A stretch of 64,000 bases of DNA from Eledone cirrhosa (GCA_964016885.1 OZ024763.1:26412001-26476000), one strand, 5' to 3'; numbered from the stretch's first letter, positions 41,900-54,787 are shown. Translations and numbers: made by a program. Notes: a model not told the origin generated them from the letters alone.

Positions 41900-43470
41900 A
41901 CACACACACAACACATAAGCACAACCACACATAGACAGATAAATTGTCCCTGACAGAGCCCCACACACAACACATAAGCACAACCACACAGACAGATAGA
42001 TTGTCCCTGACAGAGCCCCACACACAACACATAAGCACAACCACACAGACAGATAGATTGTCCCTGACAGAGCCCCACACACAACACATAAGCACAACCA
42101 CACATAGACAGATAGATTGTCCCTGACAGAGCCCCACACACAACACATAAGCACAACCACACATAGACAGATAGATTGTCCCTGACAGAGCCCCACACAC
42201 AACACATAAGCACAACCACACATAGACAGATAGATTGTCCCTGACAGAGCCCCACACACAACACATAAGCACAACCACACATAGACAGATAGATTGTCCC
42301 TGACAGAGCCCCACACACAACACATAAGCACAACCACATAGACAGATAGATTGTCCCTGACAGAGCCCCACACACAACACATAAGCACAACCACATAGAC
42401 AGATAGATTGTCCCTGACAGAGCCCCACACACAACACATAAGCACAACCACACATAGACAGATAGATTGTCCCTGACAGAGCCCCACACACAACACATAA
42501 GCACAACCACACATAGACAGATAGATTGTCCCTGACAGAGCCCCACACACAACACATAAGCACAACCACATAGACAGATAGATTGTCCCTGACAGAGCCC
42601 CACACACAACACATAAGCACAACCACACATAGACAGATAGATTGTCCCTGACAGAGCCCCACACACAACACATAAGCACAACCACATAGACAGATAGATT
42701 GTCCCTGACAGAGCCCCACACACAACACATAAGCACAACCACACATAGACAGATAGATTGTCCCTGACAGAGCCCCACACACAACACATAAGCACAACCA
42801 CATAGACAGATAGATTGTCCCTGACAGAGCCCCACACACAACACATAAGCACAACCACACATAGACAGATAGATTGTCCCTGACAGAGCCCCACACACAA
42901 CACATAAGCACAACCACACAGACAGATAGATTGTCCCTGACAGAGCCCCACACACAACACATAAGCACAACCACACATAGACAGATAGATTGTCCCTGAC
43001 AGAGCCCCACACACAACACATAAGCACAACCACATAGACAGATAGATTGTCCCTGACAGAGCCCCACACACAACACATAAGCACAACCACACATAGACAG
43101 ATAGATTGTCCCTGACAGAGCCCCACACACAACACATAAGCACAACCACATAGACAGATAGATTGTCCCTGACAGAGCCCCACACACAACACATAAGCAC
43201 AACCACACATAGACAGATAGATTGTCCCTGACAGAGCCCCACACACAACACATAAGCACAACCACACAGACAGATAGATTGTCCCTGACAGAGCCCCACA
43301 CACAACACATAAGCACAACCACACATAGACAGATAGATTGTCCCTGACAGAGCCCCACACACAACACATAAGCACAACCACACAGACAGATAGATTGTCC
43401 CTGACAGAGCCCCACACACAACACATAAGCACAACCACACATAGACAGATAGATTGTCCCTGACAGAGCT
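41900..43470 (+). repeat. 57/59-bp minisatellite, ~26 copies
   Basis: TTGTCCCTGACAGAGCCCCACACACAACACATAAGCACAACCAC(AC)A(T)AGACAGATAGA; looser related units at 41600-41900. Confidence 0.97.
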
Positions 43471-43479
43471 ACGCAGAAT

Positions 43480-43511
<32 letters not shown>

Positions 43512-44078
43512 GAGAGATATAGACATAGTGGTTTGTTCTAGAAGTGTTGTATGCTACACAAGCAACTGTCTAGCTGAGAATTTAAAGGCCATTATTCTTT
43601 CTAACTACCACTTACTGACATCACTGGCATTTGCAGTCATGGCCAGTAATACTAACACCAACACCACTACCAACACCAAAACCACCACAAGCACCAGCAC
43701 CATCACTAACACCACTATCAACAACACCAACACCACCACTCCACTATCACCACCACTAGCACTACCACCAACACCACTATCAACAACACTACTAACACCA
43801 CCACTATCACCAACACCACCCAAATTACCATTGACACCACCACTAGAACTACCACTAACAACACCACCATCACCACCAACCCTAACACTATCATTATATA
43901 TCACTACTTTTTCCAACATACCCACAATCACCAGTAGCAGCAGTAGTAGTAGTAGTAGTAGTAGCAGTGGTGGTGTTGGTGATGGTGGTGGTGGGGTACA
44001 GTATGTAATTTAAGATGTCTCTAACAGCTCAACTACTTCAACCAAGTCCAAAATTAGTGAAAATGAATCATAGGTCAT

Positions 44079-44114
<36 letters not shown>

Positions 44115-44544
44115 AATAAGAGGGAAAGAGAGGAGAGGGTGGGGGGGAGGAATGTCTATTTGGGGTAACAAAGTGACATTGCTGAATGTTTCCTGTTGTC
44201 CAACAATACCTCTCTCTCTCCACCATTGTACAGTTATCAGGTCAGCAGCAACAATAACAACAATAACAGTAGCCACAACAACAACAACAGCAGCAGCAAG
44301 TCAGCTGAAATTCTCTCACCCTCTCTCTCTCCACCACTGTACACTGTTTTCAGGTCAACAGCAGCAAGAAGTTTTAAGCTGAAATTCTCTCCTTTCTCTC
44401 TCTTCCTCTCTGCCTTGACCCCTAAAACAGTCCAGACATTGGGGGTTTCTGTTCTAAACCCTTCTGATACCAAAACCACCTGGGTTTTATGATATTTATT
44501 TTTATTCAAAATGTGTGTATCCCCCATGCAAATAATAATAATAA

Positions 44545-44680
44545 TAATTGTTTCCACTTTTGGCACAAGGCCAGCAATTATACCAGTGTATTACTGGTAC
44601 TTTATTTTTATCGACGCCATAAGGATGAAAGGCAAAGTTAACCTCGGCAGGATTTGAACTCAGACCGTAAAGGGCCATAA
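44545..44680 (-). mobile_element. 5'-truncated SINE A
   Basis: Core and B-box match; (AAT)n tail. Confidence 0.88.
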
Positions 44681-45712
44681 TTATATGCCACAAAGTGAAG
44701 TGAAAGTTCCTTCAATAAATGTCATATGTGAAACAGTTGATACATTTCTAGCTGTGTAAAGTGGTTGGTGATTGGAAGCATACACAGCCATAGAAAGGTG
44801 TACAAGAGGACCCTTCAGTCGTGTCAGCAGTACAAAAACCTCTAGTATTGATGACACAATAAAACACCCAGTACACTCTGTAAAGTGGTTGGTAATAGGA
44901 AGAGCATACAGCCATAGAAAATGGTACAGGAGGATACTTCAGTTGTGTCAACGACATGGTGATCTCCATAATACTGGTGTCACGTTAATATACACTCTGT
45001 AAAGCCGGGGAACATATGTCAGTGAAATGCGGCCACTAACACATCTGAGAGGTCAGTGGCCCAGTGGATTAAATACTCACTTTGTCTGTGACAACCTATC
45101 CAATACTTGCTGCTACCACCACCACCATATGATGATGATGATGATGATAATAGTGGTGGTTGTGATGACAATGATTATATATATACATAGGGCAAGAGGT
45201 GAAAGCATTTCTGAAACTGGTATGGCTACCCTTTGAAAGCCATGAGTGATTGTTGATAGCAATCACCAGAAATACAATAGAGAAAAAAAATAAATAAATC
45301 ATACCCCCACCCACCCCCAAAAGACAAAATGACGAAAATAAAAAAAATAAAAATATACATATGCACTGAAGTGGTTGTGTATTCACATGAGTTTTCTGGA
45401 AAGAAAGAAAACATGTTTAGAAAATCTATTTTTAGAAAGGTATTGTTTCCTTCCCAGTAGAAATACAGTAGCTGTGAGGTTTGATTGTTGTAGTGACTTT
45501 AGAAGCAAATCCAGCTACAACCAGAGTATTGTAGCTCAAGATAAAACACATTTGGATTCACTAAACCTAACTGAAATACATACAGAATGTTTCAAAAATA
45601 GTTAGGCATCATTTGAGATGTAAATATCGCAGAAACTACCACTATATATTGTTTGTGAGTTAGTGTTATAAATGTTGAATAATTTTGAAGAACAAATATT
45701 GCTCAACATTAA

Positions 45713-46097
45713 CCCTTTAGCATTTACATTACTTTATATATAATATTATATTTTCATGGTAAAGGGCGGTGGATTGGCAGTATCGGTAGAGGGTCGGACG
45801 CCATGCTTTCCAGCATAGTTACGTCCCTTTACGATCTGAGTTCAAATCCCGCCGAGGTTGACTTTGCCTTTCATCCTTACGGGATCGATAAAATAAAGTA
45901 CCAGTAATGCACTGGATAATTGCTGGCCTTGTGCCTAAAGTAGAAACAATTATATTTTCATGGTAAAGACTTTACCTCACATAATATCGAATCTATGAGA
46001 TTTTGATATTATTTATTTTGAGAACAATACCTTAACATCAGTATGAAAGAGGTGAGAGAATTCTGGCCAGATATGGCAGGGTTTAAATGCTAAAGGG
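45713..46097 (-). mobile_element. MITE P with nested full-length SINE A (plus, ~45764-45948)
   Basis: Both TIRs present (right flank TTAG); 20-bp TSD ATTATATTTTCATGGTAAAG at 45745 and 45949. Confidence 0.92.
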
Positions 46098-46136
46098 TTA
46101 GCCTGCTTTCTAGTTTCTGAGATATTTATATCTTAA

Positions 46137-46497
46137 CCCTTTAGCATTTAAGCCGGCCGTATCCGGCCAGAATTCTCTCACCTCTTTCTATTCAAACTAA
46201 CTGTAACTGGCCATTCATACTGATGTTAAGGTATTGTTCTCAAAATAAATAACATCAAAATCTCATAGATTGTTCTCAAAATAAATAACTGTTTCTACTT
46301 TTGGAACAAGGCCAGAAATTACCCCAGTGCATTACTGGTACTTTATTTTATCAACTCCATAAGGTTGAAAAGCAAAGTTAACCTCAGCAGGATTTGAACT
46401 CAAAACGTAAAGGGTCATAACTCTATGCAGCAAAGCATGGTATCTGACGTTCTACCAATACTGCCAAGCCACCATAAATAGTATCAAAATCTTATAG
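46137..46497 (+). mobile_element. MITE P, 3'-truncated, with nested SINE A (minus, ~46287-46473)
   Basis: TTAA|CCCTTTAGCATTTA start; SINE follows GTTCTCAAAATAAATAA. Confidence 0.85.
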
Positions 46498-47139
46498 GAT
46501 CCATATACACACACTGACTAGCAGTACCCCACCCTCAACACCACACACTACCACTGTCATTACTCCACAGCAACCATAACGTCCATACATACACTGACCA
46601 GTGGTTCTCTACCCTCAACCGCCAGACCATTACTCCTCAGTCCACTATGATGACTAATAGTCACTGGTGATTAATAATCTGACTGTAATTAGTTATTGAT
46701 TAATTAAGAGATTATATACTATATAGTATACACCAGCTAGAAATAGGTTACATCTTCTGTCTATTATATATACACTCAACTAATCTGTCCACAGATCAAT
46801 ATCTACACATATAGACATATACATACATAATGCTCTCTATATTGTACAATTATAGGCTCTTATTAATATATACACACATCTATGCATACGTACAGACACG
46901 TGTGTATGTACACATATATATGCCCACACATATGCATATATGCATAGAAAACTATTTGTGCAGTATAGACAGGTGTGTGTGCGTGTGCGTGTAGATACAT
47001 AAAGCTATCTGTACTGCACGATTTGTTTTCTATGCATATATGCGTAGGTATGGGCATGTGTGTGCATATATATATATATATGTGTGTATATATAAACAAT
47101 GCTAGCATGGAAATATGGATGTTAAACAGTGATGATGAT

Positions 47140-47290
47140 ATGCAAAAAGTAAAGAGAAACAACAAAGCAAACAATACAGTACACTGAAGAAATATATTGG
47201 TTCAATGCTTGATAGAGCAGGATAAGAGTTTTAACGTTTCGAACACTAGTCCTTCATCAGAAAGATAGTGAGATGAGGAAGGAACAGAAA
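47140..47290 (-). mobile_element. Penelope-like terminal remnant
   Basis: Homologous to 9480-9632, including the hammerhead motif. Confidence 0.55.
47229..47263 (-). ncRNA. Minimal type I hammerhead ribozyme motif
   Basis: Minus strand TTT-CTGATGA-A-GGAC(TAGT)GTTC-GAAA-CGTT-AAAA. Confidence 0.65.
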
Positions 47291-47310
47291 ACTTTTTTTT
47301 ATTTGGAAAA

Positions 47311-47381
<71 letters not shown>

Positions 47382-47404
47382 TGCGCGTGCGCGTGTGTGT
47401 GTGA

Positions 47405-47562
47405 TTGCTCAACTGTAAAAAGGAGTTACGATGTCACTGGTGCCAAGTTGTATTGGCCATTGCCCAACATCGGTGGCATGAAGAGGTAAGACTTGTATGT
47501 ATGGGCATCTGTTGGTCTTCCCCAAACAACCTTGCTCGAACTTGTACTGTGGAGAGGAACTT
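47405..47562 (+). mobile_element. SINE family D fragment
   Basis: Similar to 14440-14605. Confidence 0.65.
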
Positions 47563-48082
47563 TGTAAGAAAGTTTTGCACGGTTAAGATCTTATGAAACT
47601 AATTTTAAAATAGGTGGCTGAAGACAATGGAAAAACGAATGAAACATAGGACAGTCCCTTCTCATATGTCGACCTCTGGAGGCCCTTGTGATTTCGGTGT
47701 AACCAACATCACACGTCCAACTAGCCTTCTGTATCAAGAAACAAAAAATCTTTCATGAAGAAGATATTGGATTTTTCCAAACTTATAGGTTTTTTTATGA
47801 ACTTTCATTGTCTTATACTTATAGATTTTGCTGTCTAGGCTGTCATAACTGATTGTCCTCAGTGTAATATATATATAACGGATTTTAAATAAATCTGAAT
47901 CAACTGAATATGGCCTCAGATCATTTATTGATATATATATATATAAGTTAGTGTTTACTCTGGACGATAATGTATTAACTTCTCACTGCATTGAGTCTTT
48001 GTGATTGCTTCAAACAATTCGATTAGTGCCTTCTATATTGCAGCTGCAACTTCGATTCATACCAAATATTATATATATACAT

Positions 48083-48428
48083 GGAGGCACATGGCTTAGT
48101 GGTTAGAGCATTGGGCTTGCAATCGAAAGGTTGTGAGTTCAATTCTCAGACCGGGTGATGTGTTGGTTCCTTGAGCAAGACACTTTATTTCACATTGCTC
48201 CAGTTTACTCAGCTGTAGAAATGAAATGATAGGGACTGGGGTCCCTATAATTCCACTGCAAAGTGGTCGTGGAGGTGTCACGGCAAAAAAGCACCCAGCA
48301 CTCACTGTAAATGAGGTTGGCGTTAGGAAGGGCATCCAGCTGTAGAAATCAAACCAGAATCAGTTCCCATCCCACCCTTGCAAGCAGGGAAAAGCGGACG
48401 TAAAATGAAATGATGATGAAATGATGAT
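48083..48428 (+). mobile_element. SINE family B, full length
   Basis: A-box TGGCTTAGTGG, B-box GAGTTCAATTCTC, RTE-like (TGA)n tail. Confidence 0.92.
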
Positions 48429-48607
48429 ACATATGCATTCTATTATGGTAAAAATAAAAAAATGCTTTTCAAAATAGAGTTGTGGCCATTACTATCAAAA
48501 TACTCAACAAACCTTCCATGAGACGCAAATTGTAGGCCAGCCAAAGCTAGAAATATATATAAGCTGTACATTGCTTTTCCAAACACACACAGTAGAGTGC
48601 GTAATAA

Positions 48608-48723
48608 GAAAAGATTCAGGAACCCGACGGCTGCCCTCCGGCCATTTCGACAGGTAGATCCGAAGTGTTCAGATCTAGCTGTCGAAATGGCCAGAGCTCA
48701 GCCGTTGGAGTCCTGAATCTTTT

Positions 48724-48724
<1 letters not shown>
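48608..48724. other. 117-bp imperfect hairpin (57-bp arms, 3-nt loop), probably a palindromic MITE
   Basis: GAAAAGATTCAGGA..TAGATCCGAA-GTG-TTCAGATCTA..TCCTGAATCTTTTC, about 8 mismatches. Confidence 0.9.
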
Positions 48725-48787
<63 letters not shown>

Positions 48788-48796
48788 TATGTATAT

Positions 48797-49139
48797 ATCA
48801 TCATCATCATTTCATTTTATGTCTACTTTTTCCCTGCTTGCAAGTGTGGAGAACAGGAACTGATTCTGGCTTGATTTCTACAGCTGGATGCCCTTCCTAA
48901 CACCAACCTCATTTACAGTGAATGCTGGGGGCTTTTTTGTCGTGGCACCTCCATGTCCACTTTGCAGTGGAATGATAGGGACCCCAGTCCTATCATCTCA
49001 TTTCTACAGCTGAGTAAACTGGAGCAATGTGAAATAAAGTGTCTTGCTCAAGGAAACAACACATCACCTGGTCTGAGAATTGAACTCACAACCTTTCGAT
49101 TGCAAGGCCAATGCTCTAACCACTAAGCCATGTGCCTCC
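48797..49139 (-). mobile_element. SINE family B, full length, inverted relative to 48083-48428
   Basis: Reverse-complement match along its whole length. Confidence 0.92.
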
Positions 49140-49194
49140 ATATGTATATATAATGTGTGTGTATGTGTTGGTATAAGTGTTTTGGAAACTACAA

Positions 49195-49560
49195 AACCTG
49201 TCCTAGCAGGGGGTGGAGTTAGATTAATAAATAGCGGTGTAGTCACCCAGGTGTGAACTGAAATTAAATGAGAGAGTACTCAATACTATTGGGTAGAGTT
49301 CAATAACATCAATACTTAAACCTGAGTCAGCAGGAGTTACTACTCAGTGTTGAGAGTGGGAAAGAGGGATAGGGGTGTTAGAGCTTTTCTACTAAGCAAG
49401 TTATTGAACTACAGCTGTTCAATATTAATTATTAATGATTTTGATTCATCTTTCCATATCAATACTCTAGGTTCATTATTTCTTACTAATGGACCAGAGC
49501 TGTCAATAATGATAGCCGTAGCATTGAGTTTATTAATTGTTGAAGCCGAAGGATTGATAT
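49195..49560 (+). mobile_element. Possible highly decayed LINE APE-endonuclease fragment
   Basis: In order: AGGGVRLI, YYWVEF, SILIINDFD, NTLGSLFLTN, resembling GGGV / LxxGDFN / LDL motifs; stops present. Confidence 0.4.
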
Positions 49561-49632
49561 GCCACATATACCAGGCGTACTGGATATATGAACAATCATA
49601 AAAACTGGGAAACTTATATGTGTAAATTTTAA

Positions 49633-50028
49633 CCCTTTAGCATTTACATTACTCTATATATACTATTATATGTTCATTGGTAATGGCTTTACTTCACATA
49701 GGATAAAGTTCCCATAACTTCTTGTGGAGTCATAAAGACACCATCAATCGGCGTGTCTAGGGCACTTTTCAACCTGGTGGAGCCCAACCCTCTCCAGGTC
49801 TGAACACAGCTGATTTTTTTCTATAGATGAAGAATCAACCCTTAATACTGGACTGGTACTTTTTTTTATCCACCTCGAAAAGATAAAAGGCAAAGTTGAC
49901 CTCACATAATATCGAATCTACGAAATTTTGATATTTATTTTGAGAACAATATCTTAACATCAGTATGAGTTTGAACAGAACAGGTGAGGGAATTCTGGCC
50001 AGATACAGCCTGTTTAAATGCTAAAGGG
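49633..50028 (-). mobile_element. MITE P with nested older SINE fragment (~49701-49900)
   Basis: TTAA|CCCTTTAGCATTTA ... TAAATGCTAAAGGG|TTAA. Confidence 0.88.
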
Positions 50029-50099
50029 TTAAAGGAGATACTGATGGAGATATATATATATATGTAAATATACAAACACACATCACATATTATTATGGT

Positions 50100-51070
50100 T
50101 GACGACAGCTCACAAATACATAGGTTTAGCCAGCCTTTGAGGTGGATACATCTCATAGGTTTCTTAGGGGCCTAGCCCTATCATCTTGTTGCAGCTCACA
50201 CCTATCATATATACTCAAATATCAGCCAAGGAATACATGACAGAAAAAAAAAAGAATCAAAGGTAAAATGGGGTGTTGGCTTATATTTGCCATCTAAACA
50301 TGTGTTGATTAGTTGTCTCAGCTTATAAACAGGGTTTGGATTTTTGATCATTTCTAAAACAAAATGGGGGTGGCTTATATTCGAGTATATATGGTATCAA
50401 AATGGGGGGTGGCTTATATTCGAGTATATATGGTATGTAGGTTAGCTGGCTTCCTACAAAGTTATATCCCGTAGGAAGTTTCTTAGGTGTTTTAATGATA
50501 GGGGGCCCCAGTCCTATCATGTTGTTGTTATTGTTACAGCTCACACCTATGTTGGTTTACCTGGCTTCCTACTAGGTAATATCCCATAAGAGGTTTTTCA
50601 TAGGGGGCCACAGTCTTATGTTGTTGTTACAGCTCACACATATGTTAGTTTACCTGGCTTCGTACAAGGTAGCAATCCCATAGGTTTCTAAGGTATTCTA
50701 ATTATGGGGGGGGGGGGCAGTCCTATAATATAGCTGACACCTATGTAGGTTTAGCTGGTTTCCTACAAGTTTAAATCCTATAGATTTCTAAAGTGTTTTA
50801 ATGATAAGGGCCCCAGTTCTCCCATGTTACTGCTCACACCTATGCAGATTTAGCTGGGCTCCTACAAAGTTGTAACCCACAAGATGTTTCTCAGGTGTTT
50901 TAATGAGAGAGGGCCTCAATCCTATTGTATTGTAGCTCACAGCTATGTAAGTTTAGCTGGCCTCCTACAAAGTTGTATCCCATAGGAGGTTTCTAGAGTG
51001 CTTTAATGATAGGGGCCCTCAGTCTTATGTTTTTGTTACAGTTCACACCTATGTAGGTTTAGCTGGCCTC
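50100..51070 (+). repeat. Degenerate ~100-bp satellite-like array, ~7 units
   Basis: AGCTCACACCTATGTAGGTTTAGCTGGCTTCCTACAAAGTT..TTTAATGATAGGGGCCCCAGTCCTAT. Confidence 0.85.
50205..50433. mobile_element. pogo/Tigger-like MITE with TA TSD and duplicated right end
   Basis: Splits the satellite motif CACACCTA|TGTAGG; TIRs CATATATACTCAAATATCAGCC and GGCTTATATTCGAGTATATATG (twice). Confidence 0.75.
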
Positions 51071-51287
51071 TGAGGTTGTATACAAAACAATCACTCCAGT
51101 GAGTGAAAAACTTATCTAACTTCCCTCTCTCTCTCTCCAGTGAATGTAGAACTCATCTAACTTTACTCTCTTGCTCTCACTCCAGTGAATGAAGAACACA
51201 CCCATCTCTCTCTCTCATTGTGGGAGGAGAGTGGAGAAGAGGAGGAGGAAATCTATCTCTGTCTCACTGCCATTATATATCAGTCTT

Positions 51288-51384
51288 CCGAGGTTGACTT
51301 TGCCTTTCATCTTTACGGGGTCGATAAAATAAAGTACCAGTAATGTACTGGGTAATTGCTGGCCTTGTGCCTAAAGTAGAAACA
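51288..51384 (+). mobile_element. 5'-truncated SINE A with TSD
   Basis: 18-bp TSD ATTATATATCAGTCTTCC at 51272 and 51385. Confidence 0.93.
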
Positions 51385-51704
51385 ATTATATATCAGTCTT
51401 CCACAAATTTCCCAATGTGAAACTAATTAAACAACAGTGTGTAGAATTAACAGATCTAATCAGAGATTGTCTAAGTGTTGTTGGTAGTGGAGTTGATGTC
51501 ACTGACAACAACAACAACCACTCCACCACCACCACCACCACCACCACTTACAAAAACTCCACCAACACAACCAACAACACTGGTGTAAAGTACATGCAAA
51601 TAAAATGGCTGCCAAGGCTATCAGTTCATTCTGTCAACAGAAGAGCTATTGGCCCACTTTCTTGAGATGAGGTCATTTGATAACAACTATGGTAGATTGA
51701 TTCA

Positions 51705-52150
51705 TTCTAGCATTGATAAAGGCACACACATGGCTATGTGGTAGTTAACTTTACAACCTGTGGTTTCTATATCACTGATTGACACCTTGTACCTTGAGCA
51801 AGTCCCTCAGTGTCTAACATTGATAAAGACACACACATGGCTATATGATAAGGTAGTTAACTTTACAACCAAGTGACTGGTTTCTATACCACGCAAGCAA
51901 TTGTCTCAGTATCTAACATTAATAGATATAGACATGTCTGTGGTTAAGTAGTCAACTTTAAAACCAAATGTATTCAGTTTCTATGCCACATCATGACACC
52001 TTGTACAAGTCTCTCAGTGTCTAACATGAATAGATATAAACAAATGGATGGCTGTGTGGCTAGGTAGTTAACTTTACAGCCAAATGTGCATGACACCTTG
52101 TATCTTGAGCAAGTGTCTTAGTATCTAACATTGAAAGAAACAAACATGGA
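51705..52150 (+). repeat. Degenerate ~100-110 bp tandem resembling a SINE head
   Basis: Four units TCTAACATTGATA..ATGGCTRTGTGGT..TAGTTAACTTTACAACC..GACACCTTG..GCAAGT. Confidence 0.65.
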
Positions 52151-52454
52151 TGGCGGGGTGAAATAGTAGGTATATTTGCAGTGATATCTAATATCTAACA
52201 TGACACTGAGGTGGAGTGAAATACGAGGAACATTTGTAGTGGTATCTAATATCTATTCGGGAATGGTATCTGGCTTCTAGAATTCTGACTGAAAAGACCA
52301 CCCACCCGCCACCTAGACAAACGGCATAAATCTAAAGATGATAATGATTGTGATAGAACTCTTATTCCTGTTCTTGACCAGTCTAGACTGGTCTGTCTAG
52401 CTAAAATAACCAACATTCTATTTTGTGTGTATATATAAGTTAGCCTACTTAAAT

Positions 52455-52640
52455 AATTGTTTCTACTTTAGGCACAAGGCCAGCAATTACCCAGTGCGTT
52501 ACTGGTACTTTATTTTATCGACCCCATAAGGATGAAAGGCAAAGTTAACCTCGGCGGGATTTGAACTCAAACCATAAAGGGCCGTAACTCTTTGCTTGCA
52601 AAGCATGGCGTCCGACCCTCTACCGATACTGCCAATCCAC
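52455..52640 (-). mobile_element. SINE family A
   Basis: Full consensus match. Confidence 0.92.
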
Positions 52641-52716
52641 AAAAGAAAGACAGAAAAAGAAGTTGCTATTAGTTGCTATGAGGAATGAAACCCCACGTCA
52701 GCTAGGTACTTTAAAC

Positions 52717-52915
52717 CAGACATGTCAAACTGAGGGTCCCCTGAGGGCCACATAGTCATATATGTTGTCTGAAGGCCACACATAACAACTAATTGCGTAC
52801 ATTACAACTAATTTTACTTATTTTATATTACAAAGATAAAAAATGCTCGCACTGTAAAGAACTTTTGCACAGGCCACAGGTGTGCTTGTAAAGAGCCGCA
52901 TGTTTGACATACCAG
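52717..52915. mobile_element. hAT-type MITE with 8-bp TSD
   Basis: TIRs CAGACATGTCAAAC and GTTTGACATACCAG; flanks CTTTAAAC and CTTTAAAT. Confidence 0.8.
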
Positions 52916-53062
52916 CTTTAAATCATTAAGCAAAGGAACCGTGACAACTCTTACCCTCATAAATTCAATAGCTGAATCACAGCTTTTAAATGTTAAACAT
53001 TTTGTATATGTAGCTGATCCCTCGGACTTTTACAAAGTGCTGAGGGGATAAAGTTAATAATA

Positions 53063-54330
53063 ATAATGTTTTCTGATTTAGGCACAAGGCTAACAATTAG
53101 GTAGGGAGGGGAAAGTAGATTAAATCGACCACACTACGTTACTAGTACTTCATTTTATGAAACCCGTGAGCATGAAAAGCAAAGGTAACCTCGGCAGGAT
53201 TTGAACTCAGAATGTAAAAAGCCATAACTATATGCTACAAAGCATGTTGTCCGACCATCTACCAATTCTACTGCACTAATAATTGTTTCTACTTTAGGCA
53301 CAAGGCCAGCAATTTTGTGGGAGGTAAAAGTCAATTAAATTGACTCCAGTGCGTTACTGGTACTTTATTTTATCGACCTAGTAAGGCTGAAAGACAAAGC
53401 TGACCATGGCAGGATTTGAAACCAGAACCTAAAAGGCTGTAACCATATGGTGCAAAGAATGTCTATCTACCAATTCTACCGCCCTGATAATAATAATAAT
53501 AGTTTCTACTTTTAGCATAAGGCTAGCAATTACCAGCGCATTACTGGTACTTTATTTTATCAACCCTGTAAGGACGAAAGGCAATGTTAACCTCGGTGGG
53601 ATTTGAACTCAGATTATAAAGGGCCATAACTAAGCTACAAAGCCTGTTGTCTGACTATCCACCGATTCTACTGCCAATCCACTGCACTAATAACTGTTTC
53701 TACTTTAGGCACAGGGCCAGCAATTATCCCAGTACATTACTGGTACTTTATTTTATCGACCCCCGTAAGGATGAACGGCAAAGTTAACCTCGGCGGGATT
53801 TGAACTCAGATCGTAAAGGGACGTAACTATGCTGGAAAGCATGGCGTCCGACCCTCTACCAATACTGCCAATCCACTGCATAATAATAATAATTGTTTCT
53901 ACTTTAGGCACAAGGCCAGAATTACCCAGTGCATTACTGGTACTTTATTTTATCGACCCCGTAAGGATGAAAGGCAAAGTCAACCTCGGCGGGATTTGAA
54001 CTCAGATCGTAAAAGGACGTAACTATGCTGGAAAGCATGGCGTCCGACCCTCTACCGATACTGCCAATCCACTGCATAATAATAATAATTTCATTTATTA
54101 GCCACAAGAATGGTTTCTTATATAGGCACAAGGCCAGCAATTTGGGGGGAGGGGAAAGTCGATTAAATCGAACCCACTGCGTGACTGGTACTTTATTTTA
54201 TCGACCCCCATAAGGATGATAGGCAAAGTTAACCTCGACGGGATTTGAACTCAAAACATAAAGGGCCATAACTAAGCTACAAGGCATGTTGTCCGACTCT
54301 CTCCCGATTCTACCGCTAATCCACCGCCCT
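53063..54330 (-). mobile_element. Six co-oriented head-to-tail SINE A copies
   Basis: Copies begin near 53063, 53278, 53498, 53690, 53890, 54110 and differ in diagnostic variants. Confidence 0.93.
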
Positions 54331-54787
54331 AATAATAATAATAATAAAAATTAATAATACAAACCAATCCTGTTGACATGGAAATAGCAAGTTAGTCATG
54401 TCCATGTCAATGATATTTTTATTTCTTTTGCCTTGAAATTTATAATCACATGATATGTATTTCTGTCAGATGACTTCTCTATTGTTAGATCTACTTAACT
54501 ATTTGTATGTCTTGTTAAATATCTGCTTTTAAAGCAGGCAGCTATTTCATCATCTAACTTGCGTTTTAATTATAAATTTATATTTACCACAGAAATAAAT
54601 TGCCACACCCAAGTATGTAATGGATATTCTGTACACACAAGTGCACAGCTCTTCAGCACTATAAACCTGTTTAAGCCAGACATAAAGCATTAGTGATTAA
54701 CACAATAATAATAATAGTAGTATTATTATTTTACACACACACACTGTACTGTACCATCCTGTGCCATCTTTATTGCCCTCTTAAAGG

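Noticed and set aside
41818-43506. Cys-rich ~530-560 aa ORFs (metallothionein- or keratin-like)
   Set aside because: 57/59-bp units shift frame, and all three minus frames are open
45764-45850. tRNA gene
   Set aside because: A and B boxes belong to a SINE head; no complete cloverleaf, and it continues into the SINE core
49170-49600. Mitochondrial insertion (NUMT)
   Set aside because: No recognisable mitochondrial peptide; motifs fit a decayed LINE endonuclease better
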